DNA from: Verrucomicrobiia bacterium
GTDB taxonomy: Bacteria; Verrucomicrobiota; Verrucomicrobiia; Palsa-1439
Assembly (NCBI GenBank): GCA_035577545.1
Contig: DATLVI010000024.1
Coordinates: 133,478 to 197,477 of the forward strand
DNA length: 64,000 nucleotides
Direction: 5' to 3'
In this document: piece by piece, positions 59,329 to 64,000 of the stretch
How positions within the stretch are numbered: position 1 is the stretch's first letter
Layout: every line of letters starts with the position of its first letter
The notes under the pieces: generated by a model
Database searches by the model: none
What the model saw: the letters and a program-made list of their open reading frames with translations, nothing else
Told to the model about the DNA's origin: nothing
Program-made: the position numbers and the translations under genes

Positions 59329-59921
59329 TGCCACCGCGCCGACCATACTTCTATGGCTCGAATCGCGCGCGCTCACTGCTTGCACAGTTGGCAAAATGGC
59401 AGGGGACGCGCTGGCGGCACGCGGGTGCGAAGCCAAATGAGATGCGGTGTGGCGTCAGCGGCGATTGCCTGTTCTGGGTCCACGTCTTCAAGGCCATCGA
59501 TGCTTTACCGGCAAAGCTAACGATCCCCGACTATCGCCTGCAGGAAGCGCGCGCCGATGAAATGAAAACGCTACGTCAGTGCATCATGGCCACCGGCCGC
59601 GCACAGCTTGTCTGGGAGCGCGACAGTATCGCGAACTATCGAGGAAAGGCCGACGATGAACTCCACCGGCTCGGCTTGCCGTGGCTGATTGTCGGCGATG
59701 TACTGATTTACAAGAATGGGACCAGCGGTGCGCATTGCGGCCTGGTGGCGAACGTTGCGCCGATCCAGTTCGTGCACTTGACTGGCAATGGCCTCCTCGA
59801 GGAGCCACTGCACCAGAAGCACTATCTACAGTCGTTGACATACATTTACCGGCTGCTGGAGCCCGAGTTGAGCGTTGAACGTTCCGCGTTGAATGTTGGA
59901 AGTTTAGGAGTTTCACAATGA
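59328..59921 (+). CDS. tail-associated NlpC/P60 cell-wall peptidase (RcGTA g14 / lambda gpK C-terminal domain-like)
   Basis: catalytic Cys in CGVSGDCLFWVHVF and His in SGAHCGLVAN; TAATG overlap with the upstream gene; the track ORF 58383.. N-terminal extension is spurious. Confidence 0.65.
   Translation: MPPRRPYFYGSNRARSLLAQLAKWQGTRWRHAGAKPNEMRCGVSGDCLFWVHVFKAIDALPAKLTIPDYRLQEARADEMKTLRQCIMATGRAQLVWERDSIANYRGKADDELHRLGLPWLIVGDVLIYKNGTSGAHCGLVANVAPIQFVHLTGNGLLEEPLHQKHYLQSLTYIYRLLEPELSVERSALNVGSLGVSQ
59866..59905. repeat. tandem heptamer array TGARCGT x5
   Basis: AGTTGAGCGTTGAACGTTCCGCGTTGAATGTTGGAAGT, inside the 3' end of the NlpC/P60 gene, just upstream of the 972-aa gene. Confidence 0.6.
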
Positions 59922-62836
59922 GTTTTCTCGGCGCAGGCTCGGCTCCGACCAATGCGAATCGCCGCACGGTTGCGCAATCTCCCGTCGCTTCCAATATCCT
60001 CGGCACACCATGGCCGACGCTGTGGGGGACGCGCGATTTGAGCGGGACGGTGATCGCGTGGACGAATCACCGCTTCAGCAACAGCGGCTCGACGGGCAAG
60101 GGTGGCGGCCAGGTGTCCAGCGGTGAGAAAGACTACCGGACCTTCGCGCTCGGCCTGTGTATCGGCCCGGTGGACCGCATCACGGAGATTTGGTACGACA
60201 ACGCGCTGATCTGGCAGGGCAACGTGAGCATCGCGTCGGCAGCCACAACCGCCACGGCCACTGTCGGCATCGGCGGGATCGTGCTGACCGACAGCGCCAG
60301 CCGCGGGACCATCACTTTCTACTTTGGCCTCTCGACACAGACGCAGGACCCGATCCTGGCCCAATTCATTCCCGACGCGCCGTTCTATCGCGGGATGTGC
60401 TACGCAGTCTTCCACGGCGACCGCACCGGTACGCGCGGTTTCCGCATCGGCAACGCCGACACGCTCGCCCAGGTTGCGCTTCGCGTGACCCGCATCCCCG
60501 CCTCGCCGCCGGGCACGGCCTTCAATGTGCAGACGCAGGCCAATCCCCAGAACGCCGCCGTTGTGTCCGGGACTCCCGTGCTCACCGCCGACGATTCTGG
60601 ATTCACGGGTGACTCCAGCATCATCTATCAGCTTACCGTGCAGGCCGGCGGTACCAGTTCGCAAGCCTCTGTCACCATCAGCGTGCTTGATGGATCGGAT
60701 GCCGGCAGCGGCCCGTTCACGATCGCTAGCGGTACTCCCTTTGCCGTGGGCAATTTCGGTTTGATGGCCACGCTCACCTGGACCGGCACGCTGATCTCCG
60801 ACCCAAATACCGCGCAGTGGCTGATCCTGCTGACGAGCAATATGATCGCGCTCGGCGGCGCGAATGTGGCGGGCATCATCTACGAGTTGCTCGCCAGCAA
60901 CGTCCACGGCATCGCGCTCGATCCTGCCGTGATCAACACCGCCGCTTTCAGCAGCGCGGCGCTTTCCCTGCTCAACATGGGTCTGAGTTGGGTGGTCAAG
61001 GAAAAGGGCGATGCGCGCCAGCTTATTACGGACGTTCTAAAGAACGTCCAGGGCGCGCTGGTCATTAGCAACGGCCAGATCGGACTACGGCTACTCAGTG
61101 GCGGCGCTTCCGTTCTCACCCTCGAAGCCGACGACGTCCTCGGCCTGAAACAACGTCCAGGTTCCTGGTACGAAGTCCCGCAATCCACGACGGTCAAGTA
61201 CAACGATGTGACCCGCAAGTTCCACGACACGGTCCTCTCGCTGCCGGGGGCAGGCGACTTCGGGAACGACGAAAAGAACACGGAGATCGCTTTGCCGATG
61301 GTCACCAACGCCGGTGTCGCGCGGTTGATCGGCACCCGTCTGCGGATGCTGGAAACTCTGCCAAAAAATCCTGACACGATCACCTGCGGACGCGGCGCAT
61401 TTCAACTCCAGTTCGGCGACGTATTTGTCGTCAACGATCCGCCGCGTGGTTACGACTCGACCACACCCCTGATCATCGTGGCCATACGCGAGCACGGCAT
61501 GGGCGACGAAGTAATCGAGATCGATGTAGTGCCGGAGGTTTTCGGTTTCTTGCCGGCGCTGGTGAAATCGGTCGGCGGTGGCGGTGGTGGCGGCGGGGGC
61601 GGTTCGACACCGATCAACCCAATCCAGTTACAGGACGCCGTCGAGTTGCCGTGGGACTTCGCTCAGGACGGTTCAAAACAGTTTACGCTTTTCGCCGCGC
61701 GCCCGGATCCCGATGTCGAGGGACTCGCGCTGTACGCCTCCATCGAGGATCCACCCGTTGATTACGACGTGATCGATTCCGAGGCGTTCTTCCACGCTGG
61801 CGGGAAGGTCATCAACGCGAACTTCCCGCGGTTCGCGATGGATCGAGAGGCGTCCATCGATTTCAACCAGGGCAGCGATGACATCGGCGGCTTTTCGTCT
61901 TTGTCCGATTCAGATTGGTTCGCGTACAAGATGCTTGTGCTGGTCGGCGGCGGCGTTGGAGCCGGGCTTTACGCGGGGCGCGAGCTGGTCTTTCTCGGCG
62001 GTACGGCCTGGCGGCTGCGCGGTATCTTCGGCCCGCTCTCGGACACGCCGGTCCCTGCGCCAGCCGCGAACAGCCCGATCTGGATCTTCCGCATTCAGCC
62101 GCGCTACAGCGTGCCCGCGGAGCCGGCCTGGGTGATCAATACCTTGCTGTCGCTCAAAGGTATTCCGTTCGGCAGCCGACTGTCTCCAACACTGGCGGAT
62201 GCGCTCCTTGCGCAACTCACGATCGTCTCGCGTGCGGCCCGGCCATTCCCCGCCGACAATCTCGTCGCCAACGGTCGCGGCGCGATCATGACGCCGCTCT
62301 ATACTGACGACATCGCTCTCACTTGGGTGCTGCGCGACCGGGGCTTCGGCTTCGGTTACGAAACCAACCCAAGCGAGTTTGATCCGACCGTCCCCAGCGA
62401 GATCGATACGTGCGACGTGGAAATTTGGGTCGGCGCCGTCCTGAAACGCACGGCAACGGTCAGCGTCCGCCACGACACAGTGCAAACATCCACGCTCACG
62501 GTGTACAGCGCACAACAGTTCGATGTCGGCAATGTCGCGGGGCTACAGCCAGGTGACCTCATCAACGTGGCCGTGTTCGGAAACACGGGACAGGTCTTCG
62601 GGCGCATCCAATCGATCAGCGGCCTCACGATCACGCTGTTCTCAGCGCTGCCAGTGCTGCCCGTAACCGACGAGCTGGTGACCCGCTACGAATCGGTCGG
62701 CTATGTCTACGACGCTGCCACCAACGAATCCGACAACGGCGGCAGCCTCGCCACCAGTGTCGATGTGAAGGTGTATCCAAACTTGAACGGGCTTCGCGCT
62801 TTACGCCCAGCCGAAATAACAGTGGTGAAAATATGA
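59918..62836 (+). CDS. large tail fiber / host-specificity protein (gpJ / RcGTA g15-like)
   Basis: 972 aa; beta-rich; internal (GGN)9 poly-Gly linker at 61576-61606; position after the NlpC/P60 gene. Confidence 0.55.
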   Translation: MSFLGAGSAPTNANRRTVAQSPVASNILGTPWPTLWGTRDLSGTVIAWTNHRFSNSGSTGKGGGQVSSGEKDYRTFALGLCIGPVDRITEIWYDNALIWQGNVSIASAATTATATVGIGGIVLTDSASRGTITFYFGLSTQTQDPILAQFIPDAPFYRGMCYAVFHGDRTGTRGFRIGNADTLAQVALRVTRIPASPPGTAFNVQTQANPQNAAVVSGTPVLTADDSGFTGDSSIIYQLTVQAGGTSSQASVTISVLDGSDAGSGPFTIASGTPFAVGNFGLMATLTWTGTLISDPNTAQWLILLTSNMIALGGANVAGIIYELLASNVHGIALDPAVINTAAFSSAALSLLNMGLSWVVKEKGDARQLITDVLKNVQGALVISNGQIGLRLLSGGASVLTLEADDVLGLKQRPGSWYEVPQSTTVKYNDVTRKFHDTVLSLPGAGDFGNDEKNTEIALPMVTNAGVARLIGTRLRMLETLPKNPDTITCGRGAFQLQFGDVFVVNDPPRGYDSTTPLIIVAIREHGMGDEVIEIDVVPEVFGFLPALVKSVGGGGGGGGGGSTPINPIQLQDAVELPWDFAQDGSKQFTLFAARPDPDVEGLALYASIEDPPVDYDVIDSEAFFHAGGKVINANFPRFAMDREASIDFNQGSDDIGGFSSLSDSDWFAYKMLVLVGGGVGAGLYAGRELVFLGGTAWRLRGIFGPLSDTPVPAPAANSPIWIFRIQPRYSVPAEPAWVINTLLSLKGIPFGSRLSPTLADALLAQLTIVSRAARPFPADNLVANGRGAIMTPLYTDDIALTWVLRDRGFGFGYETNPSEFDPTVPSEIDTCDVEIWVGAVLKRTATVSVRHDTVQTSTLTVYSAQQFDVGNVAGLQPGDLINVAVFGNTGQVFGRIQSISGLTITLFSALPVLPVTDELVTRYESVGYVYDAATNESDNGGSLATSVDVKVYPNLNGLRALRPAEITVVKI

Positions 62837-62906
62837 ATAGATCCTTCCTGCACCCGTGGGAGCGGTTTGCAACCGCAAATTCTCTCTTTTCTGGTGGTGA
62901 ACACTC

Positions 62907-63368
62907 ATGAGCGTACTCGCAAACGGAACCGAGGACCTTCCACCGGGTCTCACGCCGGCCGCGGCCTACGCCCTGGTCAACACCGCGATCCAGAAGATCG
63001 CGCAGATGAACCTGTTGGACAAAGATGTGCCGTTCTTCGGGCTGGTGCGCGACAACCAGGTGCGCGGTACTTCGCAGATCGCCATCGAACGACTGATCAC
63101 CGCTGTCGAGATCCGCGCCGAAAGCGCCGCCCCTGTAGGCAGCGCGCTGGTCGCGCAGCTCGTCGTCAACGGTAACGTCCAATCGCAGCAATACACGCTC
63201 AACGCCGGCAGTGCCTACGTGCTTCGATCCGTCACCGGCGATGGCAACGGCGGACCCGGCTCCGGCCTCGTAGTTCCCGCCAACCAGACGCTTGCCGTCA
63301 AGATCATCACCGCCAACCAGGCCGCCGATGTGGCCGTCACCATGAAATGCCAATTGAGGATTCTATGA
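62907..63368 (+). CDS. hypothetical tail-associated protein
   Basis: ORF; ATGA overlap with the next gene. Confidence 0.3.
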   Translation: MSVLANGTEDLPPGLTPAAAYALVNTAIQKIAQMNLLDKDVPFFGLVRDNQVRGTSQIAIERLITAVEIRAESAAPVGSALVAQLVVNGNVQSQQYTLNAGSAYVLRSVTGDGNGGPGSGLVVPANQTLAVKIITANQAADVAVTMKCQLRIL

Positions 63369-64000
63369 AGCCGAGCAAACAACCCACTCAAATGATGCGA
63401 GACGCCGCGATGTTGTTCACGCGGCAACCGACACGCACTTTAACTACCGCACTTACCGTCCTTTCATTCTTCGTCATTCTGCATTCATCCTTCGCCGGCA
63501 ACGTCTTTCCGTTCCGCATCATCAGCGGCAGTACAACCGCAGAGGTGGACGAGACACAATTTGGTGCGAGCGACATCACGCTCACAGTCACGAACTTGCC
63601 GGGCGGCGGCCGTCGAGCGAACATCGGCATTATCGGCGGCGGCGGTAGTGGCAGCGGCATCACCAACGTGCTCGATACCGCCGGCGGAACGTACGGTCTT
63701 GTCGGCCACACCAATCAGCCCACTTTGCTGATCAAGGGGCTGACCAACCAGACACCCGCGCTGATTACCATCACGGATTTCGGAACGATGCTCGGTTTCT
63801 CAGTCGCCACACAAAGCGGCTTCGGCTCGACCAACGCGTGGACCACCAACGGCCTGCCGTGGACTGTGTCCGACACGTTCGGTTTCTCCAACGCCTCATC
63901 GGTCGTGAACCTGGCATTCACCAATCTCGGCGGTGTGCCGACGATCTACCTCGTGCCCGACAGCACCATCGCGCGGACAGGGCAATCGCAAACCTGGAGC
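63365..64000 (+). CDS. secreted/anchored beta-rich protein, 3'-partial (runs off the window); putative tail fiber or receptor-binding component
   Basis: manual translation from ATG 63365 gives MKPSKQPTQMMRDAAMLFTRQPTRTLTTALTVLSFFVILHSSFA... with no stop to 64000; not in the track because no stop codon. Confidence 0.4.
   Translation, partial: MKPSKQPTQMMRDAAMLFTRQPTRTLTTALTVLSFFVILHSSFAGNVFPFRIISGSTTAEVDETQFGASDITLTVTNLPGGGRRANIGIIGGGGSGSGITNVLDTAGGTYGLVGHTNQPTLLIKGLTNQTPALITITDFGTMLGFSVATQSGFGSTNAWTTNGLPWTVSDTFGFSNASSVVNLAFTNLGGVPTIYLVPDSTIARTGQSQTWS

Noticed and set aside
59846-63353. Minus-strand ORFs 59846..60907, 61910..62515 and 62631..63353 inside the tail fiber genes
   Set aside because: Antisense shadows of long GC-rich forward genes

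Overview
High-GC (~60-65%) bacterial chromosomal window, probably Verrucomicrobia, Acidobacteria or a similar lineage. It has three parts.

(1) 1-34.5 kb is mostly housekeeping. Recognisable genes are trpD, ferritin, pcm, a hybrid histidine kinase, two tandem APC/KimA-like transporters, glnB, crcB with a DUF190 gene, lepB, an ECF sigma/anti-sigma/DUF3106 trio, rsmB, der, a LOG-family gene, rpiB and an ICMT-family methyltransferase. A c-di-AMP (ydaO-type) riboswitch sits upstream of the transporters and a fluoride riboswitch upstream of crcB.

(2) 34.5-42 kb holds an XRE/excisionase-type pair, a few cellular genes, and a decayed mobile-element scar. The scar is an AT-rich RHH-like cassette with palindromic operators flanked by ~29-bp direct repeats, plus an Mrr-like fragment and an IS transposase C-terminal remnant.

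(3) 42-64 kb is a co-directional phage-like structural gene cluster that runs off the window end. Its order is putative small terminase, GpA-like large terminase, portal, protease/scaffold, decoration-like protein, major capsid, head-tail proteins, major tail protein, a tail chaperone pair with an A9 slippery -1 frameshift site, a short tape measure, then a tail-tip module. The tail-tip module resembles RcGTA g12/g13/g14(NlpC-P60)/g15. No integrase, replication or lysis genes are visible in the window. That makes this a candidate GTA-like or defective particle-producing locus. It is punctuated at four gene boundaries by an unusual tandem heptamer (TGARCGT) array.

No rRNA, tRNA or CRISPR was detected by eye. 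Many long opposite-strand ORFs in the track are GC-driven artefacts.
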